In this document: positions 45,562 to 57,617 of the stretch, one piece after another
Layout: each line of letters begins with the position of its first letter
Numbering within the stretch: position 1 is the stretch's first letter
NCBI GenBank assembly: GCA_020184695.1
Contig: JAANOX010000126.1
Span: 434,001 to 498,000, forward strand
Length of the DNA: 64,000 nt
Source: Histomonas meleagridis 2922-C6/04-290x
Taxonomy: Eukaryota; Protista; Parabasalia
Reading direction: 5' to 3'
Translations under genes and position numbers: made by a program
The notes under the pieces: generated by a model
Seen by the model: only the letters and a program-made list of their open reading frames with translations
Database searches by the model: none
What the model was told of the DNA's origin: nothing

Positions 45562-46620
45562 CTATAAGCGAAAGTCATTATCAAACGAACGTTTCCCCTT
45601 TGCGTCATGAGTCATGAGCCATCCCATTTCAGGCTTCAGTTGGAATGTGTTTGGGTCTTGCGAAAGGCCGACGAAGCCAGCGGATATTTTCATCGGCATA
45701 CTATCGCCGTCGGGGAACTTGATTTTGAATGGGATATCGACAATTTCTTCTGCAATTTCTGCTCTAGTCGATATCTTATCCAAACTCAACTTTTCATTAT
45801 CTTTGTCGTATGGGAAAAACACTGTGAACCAGCCATCGTAATATCCTGGATCATAAATACCATGCCCGTTCTTCACGCGAACCATATTTTTCCAGAATTC
45901 TTTGTTGACTTTCCCTTTCTTCGTGTTGATGATTTCTGTTATCACTGGTTTAAGTTTGGATGTCCACCACTCCATTTCATATTTTTCAATGAAATTTAGT
46001 TTCTCTTCAAGGTTTTCCCAGTCTCCAATCGTGCCTTCAATAGTTACAGTAAAGGAATTCCACAAGAACACATCATGATGAATAATCAAAATAATTTTTG
46101 AAAGTGGCCATTATCGTTAATTGACATGTGCTGAGTGAAACTGGTGTAGTGGTCGTAAAGTTTGGTGTGATCCCTTCAATGAGATCTCGTGGTATATTAT
46201 CTGAAATTTTTCGTTGATTTCAGAAAAGATACTCATCCAATCTTCAACTGTGGCTGTACTTGGTGTGAGATCAGTACGATCTACACAAAGTTCCTTTTTG
46301 CCTTGAAAGTCAACAAAACTGCTCCTGAATTTTTCTGAATTATTGTTAATGTGTCGTGAAAATCCTTGTAAAATTAAAAGCCAAACGATGTCAGGACTAA
46401 GAGTAAACGGATAGTGACGTTTGTAGGCTGATATAAATCCTTGAAAAACAGTGTTATTTCCATAATTTACATAATCTTGGTCAATGGACGTACAATAAAA
46501 ACGATTCTTTTTTGTTAACATCTTGATTATTTCATCTTTTGTTGACTTAGGAAGTCCTTCGGTAGGTGGTTCAAGTTCTTCAATTTGAACAATTGTTGCT
46601 GAACTCTTTGGATCCAACAT
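45562..46620 (-). pseudogene. Frameshifted copy of the DUF4419-like gene
   Basis: Indels near 46210 and 46050-46080 relative to 57935-58993. Confidence 0.75.
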
Positions 46621-47484
46621 GAAAAAATGAAATCATGAACAATTGGCATTTTTAAATATAAAATATGTCAACAGAGGAAAATTCTGTCAACGCCAGAGGG
46701 TTGACACCATAATAAACTATTCATTTTTTCCGAATAAAGTTTTATTTTACAACAACGAGTTCTCAAAAATTGTCAATGTGTAGCTGAATATGAGTTTGAC
46801 ACATAACGATCAAAACCAATTCGAAAAGTGGGCGTCATACAAAAAGTGAAATCCACGATCAAAAACGAGTGTAAAAGTCGCTCGTTTGAATACTTTACAT
46901 TTCAAAACAAAAAATCAATTTTTATCGAAATTCGCTTATACGATCTTTTTTCAACTTTCGTACATTCATATAATAATTCAATATATTAAAATATCATTAT
47001 TAAAAGAAATTCTACCGACTATAATATAAGATATTGTAATTTGATTATTCAATATATATATGGTCAAGATATTTCGTTTTAATTCGAGAATTATTTGATT
47101 TTTTTGGTTTATTTCATCATTTTTCCTATTATAAATATTACCAATTTCGTTTTCCTTCCCCAGGCTGATATTCATTTTAGAGATGTACTCCAAAGCCTCG
47201 ACTTTTTGATGAGACGTCTTCGCATAGGAATTTTATTTTGATTAACAGAAAAAGTTGGAATGATGAATTCAAAATATTGTCAGTAATTACTGACATCCCT
47301 CTGTCAACGCCTCAAAAAAATCGAAACAGGAGACTAATGATTAATAAATATTTTTTATGTTCATGTTATTATTAATATATTTATTATATATCATTTTAAA
47401 TTATTACAACCTGATATCGGTCTTGCGATTTAAGTTAGATAGCACAAAAATTTCTCTTAGAGCTGTTAGATGTATTGAACAAAA

Positions 47485-48216
47485 ATGGAAAACGACAATC
47501 ACTTTGTATTCGCCTCTTCTTTCAAAGATAATAAAACATTTGATAACAATACATTTTATATAATGTCAAAATTTTCCATAATTACTCGAAAAGTGAAACA
47601 ATTGGATAAGTTTGTTCGATTCCAAATGAAACACAAAATACAAGATTTTGATTTTTTTAAACCTGTCCTATCAACAGATATCATCAAAGTTGAAGGACCA
47701 GTACCAAACACAAAGCCAGTTTCTCAATATTTAAATAATAATCAAAGCAAAAAGAAAAATAGAAGAAGAAATAAAAAAGGGAAACCAAATCAAACGAAGT
47801 TACCACAAATTCGAGAAACACAAGAAGAAATTGATGCATGGATTGCAGAAAGGAAAAAAAGATTTCCTACAAGATCAAGAGTTAACACAAAATTACAAGA
47901 AGAAATTGACCGAGAAGAGCGTGGCGCAATAAGTCTTAATGGTGATTCCAAAAACAAAGAAAAACAAAAAAGAATTTCGCCAATTGAAGCATCAACAAAA
48001 TCACCTGTCAAAATACATTCTTTCATTGATGAACTTACTGAAGATGAAGAAAGGCGAGAGAGAAGTATAATTCTCCAATGTTTTAGATATTTTGTACGTC
48101 ATAACTTTTTACAAGATCCACTCATAATTTCTCAAACAGATCAACAAAATGAAGAAGAGGATGAGTGTTCAACATCATATGATTCATATTCAGAACATCA
48201 AGAGGACGAAAACTAG
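47485..48216 (+). CDS. NUFIP1/Rsa1-domain protein
   Basis: ETQEEIDAWIAERKKRFPT motif. Confidence 0.82.
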   Translation: MENDNHFVFASSFKDNKTFDNNTFYIMSKFSIITRKVKQLDKFVRFQMKHKIQDFDFFKPVLSTDIIKVEGPVPNTKPVSQYLNNNQSKKKNRRRNKKGKPNQTKLPQIRETQEEIDAWIAERKKRFPTRSRVNTKLQEEIDREERGAISLNGDSKNKEKQKRISPIEASTKSPVKIHSFIDELTEDEERRERSIILQCFRYFVRHNFLQDPLIISQTDQQNEEEDECSTSYDSYSEHQEDEN

Positions 48217-48370
48217 GAAACATTTTACTATTTATTTTCTAACATACGATAGAAATTTCAATGCTAAATTTCTATCGTTCTATTGAAAATCAGTTCATTT
48301 TCAACAAAAAATTTTTGATACTATCCAATAAATCTTATACATATATTTTATTAAGCACATATTCATTTTC

Positions 48371-49966
48371 TTAATCATTTTCATCGTCACCGCCCTCAAG
48401 CATTGCAATTACAGTTGCAATATTTGAAATATAATTTGAGATTTCCGCAATTCGTTTTCTATTTCTTTCCAAATCTGTTTGTCTTGCATTTGATGTCAAA
48501 ATTTCTATTTTCCTTTTATACATATTTGTTATGTCTTCTTGTCGTCGATATAGTTTAGTAGTTCTATGTTCGTGAGATTGCGTAATTGTTGTTAATAACG
48601 AATCTTTATCTACAAGAATACTTCGAATTTCATCAGAAACATCTAAAATCGCGCCTTGACTAAATTTCTCCCATAATCGAACGCATATGTCCATTACCTT
48701 TTCATTGTAATCATTCTCAAGATTACGAATCGAGCCGAAAAATAAAATTATTTTGTCGTTGATGATGTTCATTCGATCATCAAGTTCAGTTTCATACATA
48801 TGAATCATTTCTGTGACTTGATCAACTAATGAGAATTCTTCCGTAAAAAGTTCATCTTTAATTTCATCAATTTCAGTAAGAAATGTTTTGTTTTCATTGC
48901 TTTCATTGGTCTCATTTGTTTGTTCTTCTTCAGTATTAAATGACTCCATAAAAACTCTGCGTCTTCGTTCTAAATCTTTGACAATTTCAACCATTTGAAG
49001 GCGATTTTCTTCGGATATATAATTATAGGCTTGATTAAATAAAGATTCTTCTTCATCAAGTAAACGGTTTTGGACGATCATTTCATTCACAAAACTTTCT
49101 ATCGTACGTTTGAGATCATCTGTAAATTTTAGATATGGTTCAGCAATTTCACTGATAGTACGTATCTTGTTATGGTCACTGTCTTTCCTAAAAAGAGAAT
49201 TATGAAGATTGGAGATTTTGGTAAGGAATGAATCTCTAAGAAGTTGATTCCTAGCTTCTTCTGCTTTCTTTGTTTCTTGTTGTACCCTTTCGTAGTCGTC
49301 ACTTTGTTGAAGGTTGTTTAGATTTTCTGAATTTCTTTCCTTTGCATCAATAATGTCAGCAGCAGTTACACGTGCATAATCTAGAAAGCGAAGGTTGGGT
49401 AGATAGGCAAGGACTGTGAGTTTGAATATTTCTTTTTCTCTAATTGGATTTTCTGTTAATGTAAGAACACGGAGTGCTTTTAACTTGAATAAATGGGCTA
49501 ACTCGCCAAGGTCTTCTATCTTATTTCTACCTAAAGATAAAAGCTTAAGCTTTGGAAGAATTGGAAAACCTTCAATTTTTTTGATTTGATTATTAAACAA
49601 TGAAAGTTCTTCAAGTTCAACAAGAGTTTCTAGCCCATCAAAACTTGAAATCTGATTGAAAGAAAGATCAAGTTTTTTAAGTGTTACCAATGTTGTTAAA
49701 TTTTCAATTTTTGTAATTAAATTATTGGACAAATTTAATTCCTGCAAACTGGTATAACATTGCAAATTATCAATTTTTCTTATATGCATGTATGAAAGAC
49801 GAAGAACTTTGATATCAGGAGGAGAAAGAGAAATGATTCCATTCCCATTTTTTTCTGATTCTTCAAGTCTTTCTCTTTCTGATTCTGTTAGGCCATTTCT
49901 TGCACCAATTTGAAGTAATGTTTCATTTATAACGACTGGTTTTGGGTCTGAAAATTCCTCGTTCAT
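48371..49966 (-). CDS. DRC3: Dynein regulatory complex subunit 3 (LRRC48)-like
   Basis: N-terminal SDS22-type LRRs (KIDNL..LQELNLSNNLITKIENL) plus long coiled coil. ATG at 49966. Confidence 0.75.
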   Translation of the reverse strand: MNEEFSDPKPVVINETLLQIGARNGLTESERERLEESEKNGNGIISLSPPDIKVLRLSYMHIRKIDNLQCYTSLQELNLSNNLITKIENLTTLVTLKKLDLSFNQISSFDGLETLVELEELSLFNNQIKKIEGFPILPKLKLLSLGRNKIEDLGELAHLFKLKALRVLTLTENPIREKEIFKLTVLAYLPNLRFLDYARVTAADIIDAKERNSENLNNLQQSDDYERVQQETKKAEEARNQLLRDSFLTKISNLHNSLFRKDSDHNKIRTISEIAEPYLKFTDDLKRTIESFVNEMIVQNRLLDEEESLFNQAYNYISEENRLQMVEIVKDLERRRRVFMESFNTEEEQTNETNESNENKTFLTEIDEIKDELFTEEFSLVDQVTEMIHMYETELDDRMNIINDKIILFFGSIRNLENDYNEKVMDICVRLWEKFSQGAILDVSDEIRSILVDKDSLLTTITQSHEHRTTKLYRRQEDITNMYKRKIEILTSNARQTDLERNRKRIAEISNYISNIATVIAMLEGGDDEND

Positions 49967-50192
49967 TTGTTTTAGCGAATTTAACCGTCGTTGTACATTC
50001 TTCAAAATTTGTTTAAACACAAATTCTAAGCAAACAGAAGATTACTTAGTTTAAATGATTTTAAAAGGCAATTTTGGCCATGCTTGGGTGTATATTAATG
50101 AAGAATATACTTTCAAACCAACAAAAAAATTTTTTGCATTCATATTAATATAAAAATTACAATAAAATATTAAACAAAGTAAAAATGTTTGT

Positions 50193-51791
50193 TTATTTAT
50201 TTTTATTTTTTAACATATAGCGATTAAAAAAGATGTTTTTAACCATTTTGATTGTATATATAACGCGTGCTCTCAAAAGAAGTGCAAGTACCAAAAAGCA
50301 TAAAGAAATAGTTATAGTATCATATGAATCTGTTAAAACTTTTACAAAATATTCTGTATTTGTTCTGTCTGCCATGAAAACAAATCTAAATAAGCATTCA
50401 ACAAAAATAATAAATTTCAGAATTTTTGCAAAAAATGTTATTTTAGGATTGATTTGTATTGCTTTTGATATATAATCAAATGCCATCTGGATATTTTTAT
50501 GATAATAAATTGCCATAGCGAAAGAACTTTCATAATGAATATCTGCTTTAGTTTTATGATAATCATAAACGGTTTTATATTGAAAATCAGGAGCCGTTAA
50601 ATTAACGTATTCTTCGATTTGAGTGTTATTTAACTTCAGGAAATTGGATAACAAAGCAGCCTTTTTAATTGATTCAACATTTCCTACGTAAGACAACAAT
50701 AAATATATCTTATACGCATATAAGTAGTCTCTTTCTATTTCTGCATTTTTGGCAATTCTTTTCATTTCATCAAATATTACCAAATTTTGAGAATAATTAA
50801 AAAGAATGGAATATGCCTTCTTTTTACTTCGCATTGTTCCGATTCCATTAAGTTTCATATAAGCCCTTTCTACAGGAGAAATATTTTTTTCCTTTAAAAA
50901 TTTATACTTTTTCCTTTGCGTGATGTTATTCCTGATGACATAATCCAAAAGTGCTTGAGAAAAATTACTATCAAATGAAATATTAAAGAACTCTTCAGAC
51001 TTTTCTTTATCCCCAATTTCTTCAAAATACTTAGATAAAACATATGAACAAATTGGATCATTAATGTTATTGATTTCAGATATGTTGAATTTAGTGAGAT
51101 TTTTCTCTACATATTTACCTGTAATAAAGAAATACATAGAAGGACATTGATTAGCATATCGAGCATTGATAAAATGAGAAATATTGTTGGATGATTTGAA
51201 TAATAAATTTTTTGAACGATTACTTAAATCGATCATTTCATGAAGAAAATACAATGACCCATGATCGTATTCTGATTCTATTGTGTTTAATAGAGGGAAT
51301 ATGTCAAAAAATGCATTTTTAAAATTACGAGAATAGTGGATTCCAAATCTAGAATGAAAAGATAGGTGAAAACTACTGTATATTGATTCATTATTTAAAG
51401 TTTCAAATGATTTTGTTATGTTTGGTTTACATCCAATTCCAAAATAATCAAAAAAAGAAAGCATTTCTTTTGATTGCTGATGATTTTTATTTGCACCTTC
51501 AATCAGATATTGCCAAGAAATAGTGTCATTCATGCTTTGATCGAATAATCCAAGATAATGAATAATTGCATAGAAAAAAGATGCATCCGGATTTCCATTA
51601 TCTGCAATTTGTTTTAGTGTATTTATAGCGAAACTTCTATCAGTATTATGTTTTAAATTTTTCTTTATCTTTAATAATTCATTTGAAATTTTTGGAAATG
51701 AAAAGTAATCTCTGATAAAAGAATCATTATTTCTTATATAGTATTTAGGTAAAATTCGATTATAAATTGCTATAATAACAGGAAAAAACAT
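50193..51791 (-). CDS. Sel1-like repeat membrane protein (Hrd3/SEL1L-like)
   Basis: Signal peptide, ADNGNPDASFFYAIIHYLG and GIGT..KKAY SLR motifs, C-terminal TM. Confidence 0.65.
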   Translation of the reverse strand: MFFPVIIAIYNRILPKYYIRNNDSFIRDYFSFPKISNELLKIKKNLKHNTDRSFAINTLKQIADNGNPDASFFYAIIHYLGLFDQSMNDTISWQYLIEGANKNHQQSKEMLSFFDYFGIGCKPNITKSFETLNNESIYSSFHLSFHSRFGIHYSRNFKNAFFDIFPLLNTIESEYDHGSLYFLHEMIDLSNRSKNLLFKSSNNISHFINARYANQCPSMYFFITGKYVEKNLTKFNISEINNINDPICSYVLSKYFEEIGDKEKSEEFFNISFDSNFSQALLDYVIRNNITQRKKYKFLKEKNISPVERAYMKLNGIGTMRSKKKAYSILFNYSQNLVIFDEMKRIAKNAEIERDYLYAYKIYLLLSYVGNVESIKKAALLSNFLKLNNTQIEEYVNLTAPDFQYKTVYDYHKTKADIHYESSFAMAIYYHKNIQMAFDYISKAIQINPKITFFAKILKFIIFVECLFRFVFMADRTNTEYFVKVLTDSYDTITISLCFLVLALLLRARVIYTIKMVKNIFFNRYMLKNKNK

Positions 51792-52087
51792 TTATTCTTT
51801 TGACCGTTTATTTTGCCTACCAAGACTGCAATCTTCGTTAAAACTAATTTTTTTCAACTAATAATTAATATTTTTGAATTTTATATATATGTCAATCTTC
51901 ATCACAATACCAGCTGGTTTGATTATTCTACAAAATATCATTTTTTATGATGATTGATCAATTATTAAATTTTTGAAATAAAAGCTTAAATATTATGTTA
52001 ACCAAATATTTCTAAATCCACAACACATATAAATTTCAAACATACTAGAGTTACATTATAATTTATTTAAGTAACCAAATCCTGTCT

Positions 52088-52741
52088 GTGATTGAATTTT
52101 TATCGATACCATTAGTCGATCTTCTCAAGAAGCTTTTACTTAAAGATCCCGAAAAGCGTTTAACACTTGAAGGGATCAAAGAGCACATCTGGTTCAGTCA
52201 ATGTGAGTATAATGTCATTGAGCAATTTAAGGCCAATTACGATTCACAAAGTAATGTCATCGACAAAGAAATTGTACAAAAAATGTCGGAAGATGGTGTC
52301 GACTGCAGTTTATTCAACGAAACATTAAATGAAATCGACGAAAGCAACGAATATTTGATATTATACAAACAATTACTAAGGCAAAAGATGACGGACTCAA
52401 TGAACGACTTAACTGCGCAGCTCGTCAGCTACAAAAGGCAAATGCCGCAAAGAAGGCTCTTGTTTTCTAACGCAAGCAATAGTAATAACAACGCGAAGAA
52501 CATTCGCGGCTCGATGCTATCAGATAAAAGCGCCGGCTTGCTCGGATTCCCTTCAGCAAATCCGCAGCAGCAGCAAATGAAGGAAATGTTCCCCGGATCG
52601 CTGAGCCCACCGCGAATGGTGAAGACTTTGCCACTACAGAGCCACGTGACTGCGCCGCCAAGAAGGTTGTCGAGGCCGGTGGCGGTGAGAAGGCCTATAA
52701 GTGGAATGCCGGACTTAATGCACAAAAGTCAAGAAATGTAA
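52088..52741 (+). pseudogene. C-terminal fragment of a CAMK kinase (subdomain XI plus tail)
   Basis: FLSIPLVDLLKKLLLKDPEKRLTLEGIKEHIWF. In-frame TAG at 52046-52048 and no catalytic core upstream. Confidence 0.7.
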
Positions 52742-53113
52742 AGTAAATTAATGTATTCTTTAAACGTTTATAAGCATTAGGAAACGAAATAAATGTTGTT
52801 ACTTAGTAAATGTTGTTGTGCAAAACATTATCAACTTTGCATTCATTGTATTGGTGATTATATAGTTTGAAAATGCGATGAAACGATTAGATAAATTAAT
52901 TAATTGAGATGGGGAATCGTATGTATCGATCTTGTTACGTTAGGTGTTGAAATGGTAGAGTAGCCAATTTTGAATTTCAACGCATCTAAAAAGATCTTGC
53001 TTTAATAGTTTTTAAAAAAATTTAGTACAATGCTTTCATTTATTTATGCTTTAAAAATTTCTTTCTATGATTACTGTACAGTTTTTATTAGAATTTAAGA
53101 GTAAAATTGATCT

Positions 53114-54595
53114 TTAAAATAAAATTAGCATGAGAAAAGAAGAAATACTTACACCAAATACAAGTGCTTTTGTTATTGAAGAAGACTTTGGCTGAAATGA
53201 ATTTGATGAAGTATTTGATTGTGTGTATGATTTGGAATATATGTTAGAATTTGTTTTTGTTGAAGAGAATGTATGTGTTGGGGAAAATGTATATATTTGG
53301 GAAAATGTATTCGATTTTGTAAATGATTTTGTTGGCCACGGATTACAATTTTCTATTGTTGTTCCAATTGATACATTAAGTTTACCAAATGTTGTTGAAT
53401 TATAAGTCTCTAATGTCATTACGCATTTTATAGGAGAACCTTTAAATGCATCTTTATTAACATTAGGTTCTGAGTGACCATAATAATAAACACAAGTAAG
53501 AGAAATACAATTTACAAATGCTTGACTTTCAATTGATTTTACACTTCCACTTATTATAACTACTGATAAATTAGTGCAATTTTCAAAGGTATTATCACTA
53601 ATCAAAGTCAATGAATTTGGAATTTCAATTTTTTTAAGAGATACACATAAACAAAATGCGCAATAATCAATTCTAGTTAAGTTGTTTCCAAAAATAACAT
53701 TTGTCAATTTACCACAACTAGCAAATGCATTCTCTCCAATTACATGAAGTGAATTTGGTAATTTAATTTCTTTAAGTGAAATACAAAGAGAAAATGAATA
53801 TGAACCAATTTCTGTTAAATTTTCATTAAAAATTACTTCTGATAATTTACTGCAACCTGGAAATGCATGACTTCCAATTATAGAAAATGATTTAGGGAAT
53901 ATAATTCTTTTAAGTAAATAGCATTCAAGAAAGGCATATTTAGAAATTTTGGTAAGCTTTTCTCCAAAAATAACTTCTGTTAATATCCGACATTTTTCAA
54001 ATGCAGATTCTTCAATTATAAAAATTGAATTTGGTAATTTAATCTTTTCAAGTGAAAAGCATTCATAAAATGTATATTTGTTAATTACTGTTATATTTTC
54101 TCCTAAAATAACGTTTGATAATTTTGAGCAAAAAGAAAATGTATATTCCTCAATAGTAGTTACCGAATTTGATAAATTAATGCTTTCAAGTAATGAACAT
54201 CGACCGAATGCGTTTTTCTTGATTTTGATTAATTTTTCATTAAAAATAACTTTTGATAATTTTGTGCATTGATAAAATGCATATTTAGCAACAATAGTAA
54301 CATTTCCACCAAAGATAACACTTGATAATTTTGTGCATTGATAAAATGCTGAACTACCAATTGAAGTAACTGAATTTCCAATTTTAACAGAGGCTAAATT
54401 AGTCCAACCTTTAAATTCATCAGAAGGTATTTCAATAACTCCATCAGCAATAACCAAAAATAATGCCTCTGTTTTATATTGTTTTGCTTTTTCAAAATCT
54501 TTTTGTGTTTGTATTGTAAGTGTTTTTGTATTATTATCAAATATATCAATTTGAAATGCTCGAATTATAAGATTGCAAAATATAAGAGAAATCAT
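53114..54595 (-). CDS. BspA-like LRR_5 surface protein
   Basis: About 14 TpLRR repeats (IG..AF..C..L), T/S stalk, terminal hydrophobic segment. Confidence 0.92.
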   Translation of the reverse strand: MISLIFCNLIIRAFQIDIFDNNTKTLTIQTQKDFEKAKQYKTEALFLVIADGVIEIPSDEFKGWTNLASVKIGNSVTSIGSSAFYQCTKLSSVIFGGNVTIVAKYAFYQCTKLSKVIFNEKLIKIKKNAFGRCSLLESINLSNSVTTIEEYTFSFCSKLSNVILGENITVINKYTFYECFSLEKIKLPNSIFIIEESAFEKCRILTEVIFGEKLTKISKYAFLECYLLKRIIFPKSFSIIGSHAFPGCSKLSEVIFNENLTEIGSYSFSLCISLKEIKLPNSLHVIGENAFASCGKLTNVIFGNNLTRIDYCAFCLCVSLKKIEIPNSLTLISDNTFENCTNLSVVIISGSVKSIESQAFVNCISLTCVYYYGHSEPNVNKDAFKGSPIKCVMTLETYNSTTFGKLNVSIGTTIENCNPWPTKSFTKSNTFSQIYTFSPTHTFSSTKTNSNIYSKSYTQSNTSSNSFQPKSSSITKALVFGVSISSFLMLILF

Positions 54596-54920
54596 TTATA
54601 TTTATAATAAAACATAAATGAATATGAATTGTATAAAAAATAAGACACAAAACTAAATTAAATTATATTAAGACATTAAAAATAAGTTCAGTCAGAATTT
54701 TCCCATTATTTATATTCTACACATCTTGAGCATGCGCTTTTTTATGTACTTTAATATATATACTTCAGAAAAAATGAAAAAATTGGACTCGCATTTTGTT
54801 AATTTTCAACCAGCAGCCTTTTAAATAAAATAAAAGGATAAATACAATATGTAATTAAAAACGATTTAGGAAAATAATATTTATATACTTCATACAAAAA
54901 CAATTTATTTTTAAATGTAA

Positions 54921-55684
54921 CTATGAAATTGAAGACTTGATTACAGGATCATGATAAATATCTTCTTTGATCTGTTCTTCCAATAACTTTTTTGATTTTT
55001 TGAGAATTTTAATTACGTTGTTTGCTTCTTCAAAGGAGAAAAATTGCTTTGGTTCATATATTCTTGTATATGTATTATGTTTTGTTTGTTCATGTCTTCT
55101 TTTTGGTTCAGTGCTTTTGCATTTTAAGTAAGAAAACATTTCTTGATCTTCTTTTTGGGTGATGGAATCAAATGGTTTGTTTTTACTTTTTTCAACTTTG
55201 AGAATTTCTTCAATTTCATTAATGCTGCGATGGATTTCCATTGTTTGCGTGTTTTTGAAGTTTTCAATATGATGTTTTATCAAAGTTCTATTTTTTTTTA
55301 ACTTCTTTAAGGAGTTCTTTGCATTGATCTTTTATCACAACCAATCGTTTTCTGTCTCTTCTTCGTTTTTCTAATAATAAATTTTTTTTCATTTGAGAAT
55401 GTTTTACAATTTTCGCAAACATCTTGAATTATTGATAAAAGATAAACTTGTTGATGACTAATTTTTGAATATTCTTTGAATGGCTTTTGTATAACTGTTG
55501 ATAAAATTCCCATGCTTTTTTTGTAAAAATCATTCCAGCCACTTATCTCTTTTTTAATTATATGATATTTCTCTTGTAGCTCTCGTAATTCATTTGATAG
55601 CTTTGCCACTTGTTGTTGCTTACTGTCAATTTCTTTTTTATCTTCTTTGTTTTGTGGGTTTTCTTCTATTTGCTGTGGTTCCAT
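54921..55684 (-). pseudogene. Coiled-coil gene split by frameshifts in A-runs
   Basis: Two adjacent same-strand ORFs (55307-55684 and 54921-55283). The ATG lies 39 bp from the transposon left end. Confidence 0.55.
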
Positions 55685-55722
55685 TGTCTTAACGTCTTTT
55701 TATCTATTGGTTGTTTCCAATA

Positions 55723-57467
55723 CAGCCCCAGGATAAACCAGCTGGTACACAAGAAAAACCCCTGGTACACCAATTTGAATATGCTTAAAATCAAGGAAAA
55801 CGATAAAAAAATAATTCTATTAAAATTAAAATCTTATGTTATCAATTTCATTGCATATAACATAAATTATGTGTTATGTGTCAAATAACAAAAATTGAGA
55901 GAAAAAAGCTAGCTGCAATTGAAATTTGAATGAAACAATATGAAGTTTTAAATGGATCTTCATCCGTTACAAAGATTAAAGGGGCCACACACACTTGTTG
56001 ATCTTAACATTTATTGCATCAAGGAAGAATATAGGGGGTTCGTAGACAGAATGATTAATTCAATGGACTTTATTCAAGCAGAAAGTGAACGCGAACAGGT
56101 TATTATTATGTATAATATAATTCAAGAAAACGAAATACCGATTGGGATTAAAACCAAAGCGAACTTTTTTAACATAGGTAAAAGTACAATACAGCATCAC
56201 CTAATGCAATCAAATAATGAACAAATTTTAATCGGACGGCCCCCTTTACTAACACCAGAAGAACACGAAGATGTAAAGAAATATATTCAGCAAGGTGTAG
56301 AAGAACATTATCCAGAAAAATTATCTAGCAATTAGAAAATTTTATTTACGATATATATGGTAAATCACTTGAACTTGATTCAATTCGGTATTATATAAAT
56401 AACAATCCTGATTTCAGAGTTGTACATGGTTCACCACTTGAAAGTTTACGTTCATTTTCTACAGAAATAGAAATTGATAATTATTTTAATGATCTCAAAG
56501 AGTTATTTAGTTTTAATATACAATCAAAGTTTGTGTTAAATATCGATGAAGTTGGATTTAATGAATATTATGATACAAAATCAATAAAATGTATTGTTCC
56601 ACAAAATTACGTCGGTAACTCAATCTACTTTGCAGCTGATCGAAATTCATCACATTCAACAATGCTTGCAGGTATTGCAGCAGATTGATCTTCTTTAATC
56701 CCATTAATTATTTTGAAAAGAGATACTTTTGAACTTGAACTTTACGATTTTGGATATATATCGAATAAATTAATGTTAGCACATTCTGATAGTGGCTACA
56801 TTAACGAACGCTTATTTAACAAATGGGCAAAAGATGTATTTTTTGAGGAAGTTCGGATGAAAAGAAATATATGCAACTATCCTGATCCAACAGTTTTAAT
56901 ATTTGATAATCTTCATGCACATACATCTGATGATTTTGTCGCAGAATGTCAAGAAGAACAAAACATTATCATTAAACCCATTCCGCTCCACACCAGCGAT
57001 CAAATACAACCATTAGATCTGGGTATCTCTAAAAATTTAAAACATTATGTTCGATCATTTTCACCGCCAAGAGAACTGAATAAGCAAACGCAGAAGATCA
57101 TGCAAATATACGATGCATATAGTACAGCGACATGTCCAAAATATGTTGTAGGTGCATTTAGAGTTGCAGGAATTATATCGCATCATAACGAAAAACTTGA
57201 TTGTCTCAATGCTACTGTCAATACAGAATATGCAGAACATGTTCGGCATTTTCAACAAGAATCATCCTGCATAATGAAAGATGATAAAAAACGTTTTCAC
57301 ATGTTCAGATTAACTAATTTTAATGAAAAAAAATTATTCTAATTTTTAATGTTATAAATTAAAATGTAAAATGAATATTATAAATAATAAAATAATTATA
57401 TTATTTTATAAAAAAAATTGGTGTACCAGAAGTTTATCTAGCGTACCTAGGGTTTTTCCTGGGACTA
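55723..57467 (+). mobile_element. Defective pogo-like (Tc1/mariner superfamily, DDE_1) DNA transposon
   Basis: Imperfect TIRs of about 57 bp (cagccccaggataaacc...ctggtacaccaattt / reverse complement tagtcccaggaaaaacc...ctggtacaccaattt), TA on both flanks. Transposase motifs NIDEVGF, LIFDNLHAH, QIQPLDLG; broken by a frameshift near 56330 and an in-frame TGA near 56686. Confidence 0.88.
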
Positions 57468-57617
57468 TATTATCATTTTATGGAAAACCGAATAGAAGGA
57501 AAAAAATCTGAATTTTAGATTCCATAAAACTGTTGGCAGTTTTTTCTTATTGTTGTGAACGCAGTTTTTTCGTCGGTTTTCTGAAACTCGGCCATCTTCT
57601 TAATGATGACGGGTATG
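57468..57617 (-). pseudogene. Duplicated 3' fragment of tatD
   Basis: Close match to about 6605-6757 (gaatagaagg...taatgatgacgggtatg). Confidence 0.85.

Larger units (their letters stand above)
43434..46626. repeat. Copy 1 of a 3.2-kb inverted duplication (partner 57929-61117)
   Basis: Reverse-complement near-identity across three genes and their spacers. Confidence 0.95.

Noticed and set aside
34036-56690. Reassigned stop codons (TAA to Tyr, TGA to Gly/Trp)
   Set aside because: Housekeeping genes have no in-frame stops and end in TAA, TAG or TGA; the cases occur only in genes that also have frameshifts.
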